In this document: positions 43,411 through 64,000 of the stretch, in pieces
Layout: each line of letters opens with the position of its first letter
How positions within the stretch are numbered: the first letter of the stretch is position 1
Origin: the human T2T-CHM13v2.0 reference genome, Homo sapiens
NCBI RefSeq assembly: GCF_009914755.1
Contig: NC_060930.1
Reading direction: 5' to 3' (one strand)
DNA: 64,000 nucleotides
Notes under the pieces: model-generated
Database searches by the model: none
The model's input: only the letters and a program-made list of their open reading frames with translations
Told to the model about the DNA's origin: nothing
Program-made: the position numbers and the translations under genes

Positions 43411-44112
43411 TTAATTAAAAAAAAAAATCCCACAGGGTGGATGGGAGAGTCAGTGGGCACATCCTCCACCCCAAGCCAGCTGCCTCCTCACCTCCATTTA
43501 TTTCCCACTGTTCTAGGAAACACTGTTCTAGGAGGGAGAGCGCTGAGCCCAGGCAGTGTATATACTCCAGAGTAACTGCCAATGACCAAGCCTGACCAGG
43601 AGAAAAAGAATTTATTTGCAGCTCAAGCCCTTCAGGGAAGCACTAGTATAATTAGCTGGGCCTGCAACAGCTGTCTGGCTGGCCATTTTTATCCTGATGC
43701 TTGAACTACAAGCCTGGAAACCTCTGAGTAAAGAAAGCACTAAATGCAAAAATAGCATTTCATGTTGTTCCTTGGTTTCAGACTTGGAGATATAGCAACC
43801 CAGAAAACAATGAGAGCTTTGACTATATGTTTGTGCCTGCTTAGAGATTTTTTTACTTTCTTTAAACTGAATGCTTAAAAATGGGACGAAAATAATTGAG
43901 AAGTCTTAAGAGATACACATTTTAAATTAATTTTTTCCAAATGACTGTGTGTGTATGTTGTGATGAGTCAATGTTTCTTTGGGAATTGAGGGTGAAAAAT
44001 CTCGAAAACTAATAAAGGATGTGAAGTGTGTCAGGTCCAGTGCCCAAATGACACGTAACTTTTCCCACCTACCCACTGGGGATTGCAGATATTAGGAGGG
44101 AGGGAATATATG

Positions 44113-44118
<6 letters not shown>

Positions 44119-44158
<40 letters not shown>
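44119..44158 (+). repeat. (CA)20 microsatellite
   Basis: Direct count. Confidence 0.97.
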
Positions 44159-44162
<4 letters not shown>

Positions 44163-44552
44163 AGTATATATACACACACACATATATATATATGCAAATG
44201 TAGACTGAAGGCCTTAGGGGGGAAGGAAAGAGAATTATAATTTCTGAATAAAAATTATAGTTCTGAAAAATTCTGAAAGCCAGAAGTGAAAGGGATAAGA
44301 TGTCCATTGACCTAATTGTGCTTAGATGGGAACCTCCCTGTAAAACGGAGTTTCTGAGGCTCCCACTGTTGAAAAAAACTGGTGGGGTGGAAAGCTGCAC
44401 GAATCACAAGATTCTCAGGCTCCCTTAGGAACGTGCTAAATCTTCCATATTTGCAGAGGCCCCAGAATTGTCCTAACTGCCATCTGATAACTGATCTCAT
44501 AAATTTCCTAAAAATGGAAGCATTTGGATCCCATTTGTTCCAAATAGAGGTA

Positions 44553-44556
<4 letters not shown>

Positions 44557-44645
<89 letters not shown>
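44557..44645 (+). repeat. (CA)16(CT)~28 compound microsatellite
   Basis: Direct reading; one TA interruption. Confidence 0.97.
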
Positions 44646-44647
<2 letters not shown>

Positions 44648-45415
44648 AAGTGTTTTATATCCATAAATGTGCAGAGTGCTGGGTTAGGTAAAAGTTACAT
44701 GTTTCTTTGTTGCAGGACTTCTCAGGACCTTTAATTGCATTCTGACCTTCCATCAGGAACACTTATTATACAGGATTTCCCAAATGTATTTGAGATGCTT
44801 TGTGGAGAATGATTAACATTTCCCTAAACTCATTCTTTCAGGAACCTGGATCTAGATAATCACCATCAGGGTGTGGGCTCAAGAGAAAAGGGCCAAGAAG
44901 ATCACCTGCTAGTTCTCATGTAGTTACAAGTCAAAGGAGCAGAAGGAGACCCAACTGCCTGTTACCGTCTCCTGGATGTCAAAAATGACCTCGTAAATTT
45001 CCTTTTCATTCTAAATTGCTAATAATGGTTTCAGAATCCAATCATATCAGAGCTAAGAGGGAACCTAGAGATCACCTCATGTAGTCCTTTTATTTTACAG
45101 ATGTTGAAACTGGTCTAAGGAGAGGAATTAAGTTGCGCAAAATTACAACGTTAATTAAGTTACAAAACTTGGTTAGAATCAGGTTCCCTGACTTCCTGTC
45201 CACTGATTTTTCTCCTGCCCTGTGGTACCTCCTGGTATGACTGGATCCACAGACTAGCAATGGGCTGTTATCGCACAATTTTGACAAATTTGCCTATAAT
45301 TAAAAATGAGATTTAAGCCTAGCTGATGGCCTGTATTATCTCAAACAAATCTCAATAAGACAAAACTTCAATATGACAAAATATTCTAGATAGTCATTGG
45401 TATTTGAAGCAGTAG

Positions 45416-45625
<210 letters not shown>

Positions 45626-47050
45626 TAGTAGAGACAGGGTTTCACCATGTTGGCCAGGCTGATCAACTTCTGATGTCAGGTGATCCACCCGCCTCAGCCT
45701 CCCAAAGTGTTGGGATTACAGACGTGAGCCACCGCTCCCAACACAGGATTCTTAATTTGTCTCTGAACACAGTCTTATGATGTCATCCTTGAAAACTGCA
45801 CTGTGGGTCATAGAGATGTCATGGTCCATCTCTCTTTTTAATGTTTTCATATTCTTTTAAAGAATAGATCAAGGATTATAAAAGATTAAAAGTGAAAATC
45901 TCATTTCTACCTCTGTCTCGCATCCTTTCATTGTTCCCCTTCCCTCTCTGTACAGTTTCCCATTTGTTTTTGTGTATCCTTCTGGAGTTCTTCATGCAAT
46001 TGGAAGCAAATATAGATACAGAGACTTATGTTTCTCATTTTTTTTACACAAAATGGCACAATCTTTTTATTAGGCAAGTCTCTTCCCCTTTGGAGCCTCA
46101 TTTCCTGATTTCTGAAGAAAGGAGATTGCAGGCCTTGAGCTGTGGCCCACGCCTATAATCCCAGCACTTTAGGAGGCCAAGGCGGGCGGATCACGAGGTC
46201 AGGAGATCAAGACCATCCTGGGTAACACGGTGAAACCCCGTCTCTACTAAAAATACAAAAAATTAGCCGGGCATGGTGGCATGTGCCTGTAATCCCAGCT
46301 ACTCAGGAGGCTGAGGCAGGAGTATCACTTGAACCCAGGAGGCGGAGCTTGCAGTGAGCCGAGATCGCGCCACTGCACTCCAGGCTGGGTGACAGAGGGA
46401 GACTCCATTTCGAAAAAAAAAAAAAAGGAGGTTGCACCAACTCTCCACAGTCCCTTCTCTCTGAGATTCTCAGATGCTGGGGATACATCAAGCCCCTGAC
46501 ACTCACTCTGCTTCTCTCAACAATGTTTAGCTTTTTGGAAAGTCACACTTGTATGGCTGGTTTTGTCAGTGACCTCAAATTTAAGCACCCGGGGTGTGGT
46601 TTGCAGACATTGGTATTTCATGCTTTAAGAAAATCCAGTACACAAATGTCAACATTTCCAAAGCAAATTAGGGAGTGTCTGTTTGCGTTAAAAATGAACC
46701 TTGCAAAAATGATTCATCAAAAGTTTTTTTTCCTGTATTTGCATATATTTTTTCACTAAATAAATAATACCTGGTACAAAATTCAAAAGAGTATACAATG
46801 AAAACCTTCCACCTTGATCCCCAGCCACTGAGCTCCCTTCCCCATGGGTCACGTCTTACCAGTTTCTTCTGCATCCTTCCATATTCTTTGCATATGCAAA
46901 CATAACTGTACATATATATTTTTTTAAATAACACTCTAAACATACAGTTTTGCACCTTATTATCCTTTGCTGAAAAATATACTTTGGAAAGCCTTCCAGA
47001 TCATCAGGAGAAATAGAAATGCCTCAGTCCTTTTTTTTTTTTTTTTTTGA

Positions 47051-47209
<159 letters not shown>

Positions 47210-47236
47210 TAGTAGAGACAGGGTTTCACCGTGTTA

Positions 47237-47521
<285 letters not shown>

Positions 47522-48373
47522 TCAAAATGAATTTTATCTAAATGGGGCTGTTTTTCATAGTGAACTCAACTATTCCATTGACAATCTGATTTAATTCCTG
47601 CAGCCTTATTTTCAGTTGCACTCTATTGCAGGAAACAAGATGCTCTCAGGGTGCTTCCATCTGTGCACAGTGCACAATGAGCAGGCATCAGTGTCTACAA
47701 ACAGATGTGCCAACAGAAACTCACAAGTGTTTTCACCTCTGAAACCTTAGGATTGAATCTCAGATTAGTTAAAGATCCTCAGTTTAATCTTCCTAATTTT
47801 TAGAGTAACTTTTTCCATTTCCTGATTTTTAGAATGAGCTTCCGTCTCTCTTTCTCTCCTCATTACTGAAAGTGGAACAATCTAATGCTGCTTTTCTGTT
47901 TTTCTTTTCGGCTCCAAGCTTTTGAAACCAGCCCCATTCTCCAAGGTTCTTACTTAACTCACTGAAGACTACTAGCAGCTTTTACCCTATGCTGGTCCTC
48001 ACCTCTGCCCTCAAAACTTCTCCACAGTCACATTCAATATCAGAATAGATATTGAAAGAAAGAATTTTGATCAGAGGCCGGGGATGATGAGATATTGATC
48101 TCCCAGCCCTCAGGGCAGCCAAGGGGCTCAGGCAGCCTTGAGTAGCCTCATCATTCATTTACCTCTGGGGATGTACAAAGGGTATGATTTTTCATGTGTG
48201 ACCGTGAAAAAAGTTGAGAAGCTCTAATGAGCACCATGAGAGGAAACACTGTCGTTAGTGTTTGGCACATGCTGTGTTCTCAGTTAATATGTGGTTGATT
48301 GATTGGCTAGTTGAATGACATAATCAGGAGTTACGTACTCAATAAATAGTAGATATTATGACTATTGTCATGA

Positions 48374-48760
<387 letters not shown>

Positions 48761-50022
48761 TGACCTATTATTATTACTTTTTTAGAGACAAGGTATCACT
48801 CTGTCACCCATGCTGGAGAGCAGTGGCACTATCATCACTCACTGCAGCCTCGACCTCCTGAGGATCAAGTAATCTTCCTGCCTTAGCCTCCTGAGTAGCT
48901 GGGACTACAGGCACTACCACCGTGCCTGGTTAATTTTTTTTTTAATTTTTTGTAAAGACAGGGTCTCACTATGTTGCCCAAGCTGGTCTCAAATTTTGAC
49001 CTTAAGCAATCCTCCCACTTCTGCCTCCCAAAGTGCTGGGATTACAGGCATGGGCCACCACACCTGGCCCAGTGGATATTTTATAATTCTAATCCTAGTT
49101 GACGTTTTATTTCCACTTACTTAAAATACTCACTTCCCTTAGTTCTGGGACATGGCACTCTCCTGCTTTTCCTCCTACCTTCTGACTCTTCACAGATTCT
49201 TCTTCTTCCAAGGGCCTTTAAATGTTGGGGTTTTCCCAAGTTTGGCTCTTCAGCCTCTTCCATCTCCCTGAGCTGAGTCAATATTTCCCAAGACTCAAGA
49301 AGACAAACTATTCTGATGAATCCCAAATTGACATTTTCAGCCCATACTCCTCTTCTGAGCTACCAGACCCATGTACCCAGCTGCCTACCTGTCCTCTCTT
49401 CATGAATTGACTGAGATGAAACTGACTATCGAAAGGAATGAGAGCTTCAAATAGAAACACTGGAAAAGTATAGGAAGATGACATTTTTCTTATACACCTG
49501 GAATTTGTAACCACTGTAATGACTAGTTCAAATCCTTTCTGCCTTCTTCAGTTCTTTGGTTTTGCCAACCCTTCCAACCCATCCACACTCCTGATGCCCC
49601 TCCCCAGTTAGCAGATCCTACCATGTCACAGAGAAAGTAGAGGCTGTAGACAGCTCCCTCTTCTGCCACCAAGTCTACAGGCATCTGCATCCACTCTCAT
49701 TCTTTTCTCCTCCCTTTTAGGCCACACTCCTACCTGGTCTATGGCTTGTGTCACTTCCTCGCTCTTTAGGAGTCTCCATCCTGTCTTTTACCTTCCCTCT
49801 GGACAGGCTGCTTCCTCCTGATGTTTGTACGTGTGCAAAGACTCCCTATCGGAAAAGCCTCTTCCTTCGACCTCAAGTCCAGCTTTCACTACTGCCATTC
49901 ACCACTTCTTTCACAGCCAAGTTTCTGGGAAGAGTTTTCTCCATTTACCATCTCTTATTTCTACACCTTCCATGTGTCTCGACCTCCTGCAATTTTGACT
50001 TCTGGCCAGGCACAGTTGCTCA

Positions 50023-50369
<347 letters not shown>

Positions 50370-51604
50370 TCAATGGACTCTTCTTGGTCTTTATTTTGCT
50401 TGGCCTCTCTGCAGCATTTGCCACCATGGACCAGTCCCTTCCTGAAGTTCTCTGTTTACTCATCATCTTCCTCATGACAATGTTTTTAAAATGGTTCTGA
50501 GTGGCTCACCAGGTAATTGCCAGCCCAGGGACTGGATTTTCTTTCTACCTTCACAAACATCTAGTTATCTCTAACTCACCCTTCAGGTCTCTGCTCAGGG
50601 AGCCCTTCCCTGTCCCCCTGGACTGGTTTGCGTGGTTTCCTGGGCTTTGCCAGAGCAGCAATTATCACAGATTGCAATTAGATGTGCTAGGGTCATTCTA
50701 TACCCCCAGATTTTCCCCTGGGTTGTATTTAATTTCCAAGGACTTCGCTGATGGCAAGACATAGGGGAGGGAGGCTTTCTGCTCCTGCATATCATCTGTT
50801 ATACTGGCTGAGCTGAAATGTACTGAACGAGAACAATCTTCACACACACTAGATTAAAGTGATCTGAATGTTCCCCCTCATTCTCACAAATTTTCATTTT
50901 TTCCCTGTTTCTTTGTTAATGGACTATTTGCATGCAAATTTCCCTGTGTTTTTCCAGACATTGTCCAAAGTCATAATTGTAAATTATTAAAGCAGCAATC
51001 CCCCAGGTGGCCTGATAGTGGCCACACACCCTCCTTGTACAAGATTTAACCTAACAACCACTGAACACGCAAAACAGTTTTCAGGGAATTCCTCTCATCC
51101 CCATTCCTAATTCCCTGGTGCAGTTATTGCGGGGGCACAGCACAGGGCCTGGGAGCCACAAGCTTCTGAATTCTCCAGTCACGTTCCCCTCAGTCCGAGG
51201 ACCTGATCTCATCTGGAGGTAGATTCCTGCAAGCCTCAAATGTTGTCTTTGTGCATGAGTCCTTTCTCTTTCCCACAAGATCATGGCTCAAAAACCAACA
51301 AAAGTCTCCTTCCTCTTTGGGTTCATGTTGTCCTAAGCTGAGACAATTTAGTTCACTGGGGGAAAGCCGTGGAGAAAAGAAAATCCTGGGGATGAAACCC
51401 ATAGTTAATATTCTAAAATAGCATCATGACACAGTGCATGTACTGTGGATATTGAGAATCTAGGGAAAATGGGCTTTGAGACAACAGACAAATCCAGAAC
51501 TGCCCCATGTTCTTAAGAGGTAGACAAATAGGTATAGCAGGAGGAGAAAGGATCATTTTGCCAGAAATTAGAAACAGGAAGTCTTGGCCAGGCATGGTGG
51601 CTTA

Positions 51605-52006
<402 letters not shown>

Positions 52007-52582
52007 TTAACAAAAATAAGACATGTACTGATGCCTAAATGTAGCTAGCAACAAAGTTAATAATCACCCACAGGTCTCCCTTTAATTACCTAATTAATCT
52101 AATTGCCTCCTACCATCTTTCGGCCTTTCTCCACCACATACCCCATTTATTGTTTCTTACCCAAACAAAACCCAGTCACTCTAAACAAAAAGCCCACAGA
52201 TAACCAAGAGAAGCCACAAGGTAGGGAAGGACTCCTATCATGTTTTCTTTGAAACCTGTGTTAAGATACCTCCTTTTTAAGAAACTCAAACCCTGGGAAG
52301 AGAATGTAAGTGGAAGCTTTTCTGCAAATACTATTGGTTCTCTAGGGGGAAGGAACCGACCCCAGGGGCCTCTTGCTTTTAGATAATCCCTCAGGACACA
52401 GCAGAACAACTGCCAAGAGTCGGCCTGCATGTGACTAAGAACTTGAAGCTGCAGGATACTGTCTATCCAGCTGCCTTCTCTCCAAAATGCACCTTGAAAT
52501 CTGCCTTCCTTAGGCTAACTGAGAAAGACTAGAAAGGTGTGAAATGGTTAAATATCTTTTCTTATTGACATCCACATGGTAG

Positions 52583-53113
<531 letters not shown>

Positions 53114-53116
53114 TGA

Positions 53117-53359
<243 letters not shown>

Positions 53360-53455
53360 TAGCCTCTAGAGAGAGCTAGTTGCAGAGCTGAAGTGTAAAT
53401 GAACTGACAAAATAATTTTTCCCCATATTATGTTCTTATTTCAAAACCATGATTA

Positions 53456-53641
<186 letters not shown>

Positions 53642-53856
53642 TCAGGAGGCTGAGCCAGGAGAATTGCTTGATCCTGGGAGGCGGAGGTTGCAGTGAGCCA
53701 AGATCGTGTCACTGCAACCAGCCTGGGCAACAAGACTGAAACTCCGTCTCAAAAACAAATAAACAGGGCCAGGTGCAGTGGCTCACGCCTGTAATCCCAG
53801 CACTTTGGGAGGCCGAGGCGGACAGATCACAAGGTCAGGAGTTCGAGACCATCCTA

Positions 53857-54110
<254 letters not shown>

Positions 54111-54287
54111 TTATTTATTATCATTATTATTATTACCAACAATCATGTATTGAGTGCCTGCTCCATGAACATTGTGCTAGGCCCGTCAGTTAGGTTGTCT
54201 CAATTGATCTTCTGACAACCATGAGAAATAGGAATTTTTGCCCTTATTTCAGAGATTAGAAGCTGAGTGTCAGAAATGAATGGCAGA

Positions 54288-54764
54288 CAGACACAGATTA
54301 ACCAGAAAGCGAATGAAGCTCAAGCCTCAGGCACTCTTCTTTAGATAGGCTCTATTCAAGGCCCTATACCTAATTCTGTATCCATCATTTTGTTTTTTGT
54401 TGTTTTTGTCTTTTGAGACAGGGTCTCGCTCTGCTGCCCAGGCTGGAGTGCAGTGGTGCCATCTCGGCTCACTGCAACCTCTGCCTCCTGGGTTAAAGTG
54501 ATTATCCTGCCTCAGCTTCCCAAGTAGCTAGGATTACAGGCATGCGCCACTACACCCGGCTAATTTTTGTATTTTTAGTAGAGACAGTGTTTCACCATAT
54601 TGACCAGGCTGGTCTCAAACTCCCAAGCTCAAGTGATCCGCCCGCCTCACCCTCCCAAAGTGTTGGAATTACAGACGTGAGCCACCATGCCTGGCCTATC
54701 TTCTTAAGAGGAGCTTTCAAAATTGCATAAGCTTTAGTCCCCACAGAATCTGGATCTGTCCCTG
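54288..54764 (+). mobile_element. MER53 hAT MITE interrupted by an Alu and inserted into a MIR
   Basis: AATGAAGCTCAAGC.TCAGG...CAAGGCCCT.TACCTAATT.TGTAT...AAATTG.ATAAGCTT..CCCCACA..CTGGATC...CCTG. Confidence 0.75.
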
Positions 54765-54998
54765 GTGTGGAGCCAGTATTTGAACCCAGTATTATCTGAC
54801 TTTGAAGTCTCTTTGCACAGTAGTACTGTTCATCATGAAATAGAAGAGTGAGAAAATACGACTTCTGCTCCCTAAATCTGCTGTAACTTGAACACTCCAA
54901 TAAATTTAACAGAGCTCTCTGTTAAAATATTACTTGCATCACCCCTTTGAAGGGTCAAATATGTATCAGCAGATATTTATTTATTTGTTTATTTTTGA

Positions 54999-55103
<105 letters not shown>

Positions 55104-55544
55104 TGAGTAGCTGGGGTTACAGGTGTCCGTCACCACACCCAGCTAATTTTTTGTATTTTTTAATAGAGACAGGGTTTCACTATGTCGGCTAGGCTGGTCT
55201 CGAACTCCTGACCTCAGGTGATCCACCCACCTAGGCCTCCCAATGTGCTGAGATTACAGGCATGAGCCACCGCACCTGGCCCAAGCAGATATTTATTTAT
55301 CACCATGTGCCTGATGGGATGAGAGAGCCCCTGTGATACAACGGTTCAAAGGACAGACTTTGGACCTGGCCCTCTGGGTTGGAACCCCGTTTCTCCTACC
55401 TCATCCTTAGCAGTGTGTGCTTAGGCAAGTTATTTAACCTCTTCGTGCCAGAACTTCCTCTTGTAAAAAATTGGTGCAATAATAGTTCTTACCTCATAGG
55501 GGTTTGTATGTGTCTGTGTGTAAATGTATTAAATTAGTTTTAAA

Positions 55545-56425
<881 letters not shown>

Positions 56426-57247
56426 AATGAATACAGTTAAAGCAATTAGAAGTGTGCGGGACACCTTGTAAGAACTCACTAAATGTTAGTTATTACTAGC
56501 CTGCTAGACACGGGGGAGCAGCCATAGGTATGCTTAATGTAGTCAAAATACTGTATTTGTGTTATCTGTTAGCTCATGTAATTCTAATATGCTTTTAAAA
56601 ATAATGGAGTTTTTTTGTTTTGTTTTATTTTGTTTTTTTGAGACAGAGTCTCACTCTGTCACCCAGGCTGGGGTGCAGTGGCGCAATCTCGGCTCACTGC
56701 AACCTCTGCCTCCTGGATTCAAGTGATTGCCCTGCCTCAACCTCCCGAGTAGCTGCGATTACAAGCATGCGCCACCACGTGTGGCTAATTTTTGTGTTTT
56801 TAGTAGAGATGGGGTTTCACCATGTTGGTCAGGCTGGTCTCAAACTCCTCAGCTCAGGTGATCCACCCCACCTCGGACTCCCAAAGTGCTGGGATTACAG
56901 GCGTGAGCCACTGTGCCTGGCCAAAATAATGTTTTATTATTATAAAATCATGCATGTTCAGGATAAAAAGTTAGAAAAAACCAAGCAGGCAAAAATAAGA
57001 AAATATCATTGTCACATTACCAAAGATTCCACTGCTAACAGCTTAGCATATGTCACTCTGGACCTCTTTTCTTTCTTTTGAGATGCAATCTCACTCTGTC
57101 ACCAGGCTGGAGTGCAGTGGCATGATCTCAGCTGATTGCAACCTCTGCCTCCCGAGGTTCAAGTGATTCTCCTACCTCAGCCTCCCGAGTTTCTAGGATT
57201 ACAGGTGCCTGCCACCACACCCGGCTAATTTTTGTATTTTTTGGTAG

Positions 57248-57406
<159 letters not shown>

Positions 57407-57911
57407 TAAGCTTTGTACTATTTTGTAACCTTTCTTTTTTGGTCAACAAACTCTCTCTTTTCACTCTTGTAAACTTTCACTTTGTGTAATATCTATACCA
57501 TATTCAAATTTCCCCCAAAATGTCCTTTATTAGTAGTAGTAGTAGTATTTTGTTTGTTTTTTGTTTTGTTTTGTTTTGTTTTGTTTTGTTGTTTGAGACG
57601 GAGTCTCGCTCTGTCGCTCAGGCTGGTTGGAGTGCAGTAGCGCAATGTTGGCTCACTGCAAGCTCTGCCTCCCAGGTTCACGCCATTCTCCTGCCTCAGC
57701 CTCCTGAGTAGCTGGGACTACAGGCGCCCGCCACCACACCAGGCTATTTTTTTTTCTTTTTTAGTAGAGACGGCATCTCACCACGTTAGCCAGGATGATC
57801 TCGATCTCCTGATCTTGTGATCAGCCCGCCTTGGCCTCCCAAAGTTGGGGGGATTACAGGCGTGAGCCACCGTGCCCGGCCCCAAAATGTCCTTTAGATC
57901 AAATCTGTTGA

Positions 57912-58173
<262 letters not shown>

Positions 58174-58842
58174 TAAAGTGCCAGAATTACAGGCATGAGC
58201 TACTGCGCCCGACCTGAAACCAGTATTGATGCAGGACTACTCGTTGATCTGATTGTCATGGCCTTTAGTCTCTTCCAATCCTTTTGTCATGATATTGACT
58301 TTCCAAAAGACCAGGCCAGCTGCCCTGCAAAATAATGTTTCACCTTCTGGATTTGTCTGTCTGCTTACTTGTGACAAATATTTATTTTATACCCTATGTT
58401 TACTGAAAATTAAACGTTATGGGCCATGCGTGATGGCTCACGCCTGTAATCCCAGCACTTTGGGAGGCCGAGGTGGGCAGATCACAAGGTCAGGAGTTCA
58501 AGACCAGCCTGGCCAAGATGGTGAAACCCCGTCTCTACTAAAAATACAAAAAAAATTAGCCGGGCATGGTGGCAGGTGCCTGTAATCCCAGCTACTCAGG
58601 AGGCTAAGGCAGAGAATTTCTTGAACCTGAGAGATGGAGGTTGCAGTGAGCCGAGATGGTGCCACTGCACTCCAGCCTGGGCGAGAGAGCGAGACTCCGT
58701 CTCAAAAAAAAAAAAAAAAAGAAAATTAAAGGTTATATCTAAAGGTAAAAGAGATTCAATTTAAACATTATGGCTAGACTGTAGTCTCAGTGGTGTTGTC
58801 TATTCATATATATCATCAGAAGATACCTAATGTCTAGACTCG

Positions 58843-59038
58843 CAGGGGTGTCCAAACTTTTGGCTTCCCTGGGCCACACTGGAATTAGAAGAATTGTCTT
58901 GGGCCACACAAAAAATACCCTAATGATAGCTGATGAGCTAAAATAAAAATCACACACAAAAATATCTCATAATGTTTTAAGAAAGTTTTCAAGTTTGGGT
59001 CGCATTCAAAGCCATTCTGGGCAGGTTGCATAAACTTG
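58843..59038 (+). mobile_element. MER30 hAT-Charlie MITE
   Basis: CAGGGGTGTCCAA.CTTTTGGCTTCCCTGGGCCACA...GATAGCTGATGAGCTAAAA...; flanking GTCTAGAC/GTCTAGAG hAT-like target. Confidence 0.85.
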
Positions 59039-59403
59039 GTCTAGAGCCATTACTGATGCTACAATTGAACTGCACTTAGGGGAACAATAGTGTGTTTCCC
59101 ACTATACAGTTGCATCCACTTCACCCTCAATTTGAAAGTAGAAGTGAAACAATGTGGTATTAACTGGCACTGTTTGTATGTCTAGTTCTCTATTAACCAT
59201 TCATTTATTTTATTTTGTTTTATTTTATTTTTTTTGACAGACCAGTTCTCGCTTTATTGCCCAGGCTTGACTTGAACTCCCAGGCTCAAGTGATCCTCCT
59301 GAGTAACTAGAACCACAGGCATGTATCATTGCCCAGCTTCATTTAATTTTTAGCAGCTTTATTGTAGTATAATTGACACACACCAGCCTGGGTAACATAG
59401 TGA

Positions 59404-60711
<1,308 letters not shown>

Positions 60712-60737
60712 GGTACAATTTGATAAGTTTTGACATA

Positions 60738-62988
<2,251 letters not shown>

Positions 62989-64000
62989 TCAAAAAATAAA
63001 TAAATAAATAAATAATAATAACAATTCCTTGCTTCTGTTCCTCCCACTCCACATCCTCAAATAGCCACTAATCTGTTTCCTGTCACTATATATTAGTTTG
63101 CATTTCTAGAGTTTTATGTAAATGGAATCATGCACTTTTTTTGTCTGACTTCTTTCACTCAGCATATTTTAAGATTAATCAATGTTGTTGCATATAATAG
63201 TAGTTCATTCCTTTTATTGCTAAGTAGCATCCCAAATATGCCATATTATCCATTTACCTACTAAAAGATATTTGAGTTGATTCCCTTTTTTTTTTTTTTT
63301 TTTTTTGGCTATTACAAGTAAAGCTGCTATGAACATTCATGTACAAGTCTTTGTGTGGACATATGCTTTAATTTCTCTTGAGCAAATATCAAGAAGTAGA
63401 ATGCCTGGGTCACAAAGTAAGTGTATGTTTAACTTTTTAAGAAATTGCCAAACTGTTTCCCAATGTGGCTGTACCATTTTACATTTATACCAGCAATGCT
63501 TGAGGGTTTCATTTCATCCATATCCTCACCAACACTTAGTATGGTCAGGCTTTCAAATTTTAATTTGACCTAATAGGTAGGTCACCTCATGATTTAAAAA
63601 CCTATGGACAATCCTTGCTTGAAGGTTTGCAAAATGCTTGCAAAAAGCTTACAAAATGCTGATATTATATTTCTAACATTATTTCTATATTGATTACCTG
63701 GCATTCTTTGATAAAATAGAGCCTTATCTTATCCACTGACATGATATAGTTACCCTAAATATATTTCCCACTGTAAAGGAAGGTAAAATGTCTAATTCTT
63801 TCTTTTCTAATTACCAGTTTTCAAAATAAAGAGTTGTTTTAATCTTCACACACCTTTTTGATTCAGGTGGGTCATTCTTTTTCTCCCTCTCTCTTTTTTT
63901 TTTTTTTTTTTTGAGACAATCTTGCTCTGTTACCCAGGCTGGAATACAGTGGTGTGTGATCTTGGTTCACTGTAACCTCGACCTCCTGGGTTCAGGCAAT

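Overview
Human (primate) genomic DNA, about 35-40% Alu (roughly 85 copies or fragments by manual count). The left 36 kb holds the 5' half of STK38 (NDR1 Ser/Thr kinase) on the minus strand. It comprises a CpG-island promoter, a non-coding exon 1 (~36.1 kb to 35854) and six coding exons (131, 52, 123, 84, 124 and 155 nt; codons 1-223), all with GT-AG boundaries and matching phase. The gene continues beyond position 1. The right 28 kb is upstream intergenic sequence built from Alu, L1M, MLT LTRs, hAT/Tigger fossils and microsatellites. Almost all ORF-track entries are Alu or low-complexity artefacts. I found no new protein-coding gene and no new multi-gene system. The most interesting unexplained signal is a possible layer of splicing control in the STK38 introns: a textbook recursive or alternative YAG|GTAAGT site 139 nt after exon 7, a (UG)18 tract over the exon 7 branch region, several well-formed PTC-introducing (poison) exon candidates, and a cluster of strong decoy 5' splice sites in Alu-poor intron 5. 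These are sequence-based hypotheses that need RNA data.
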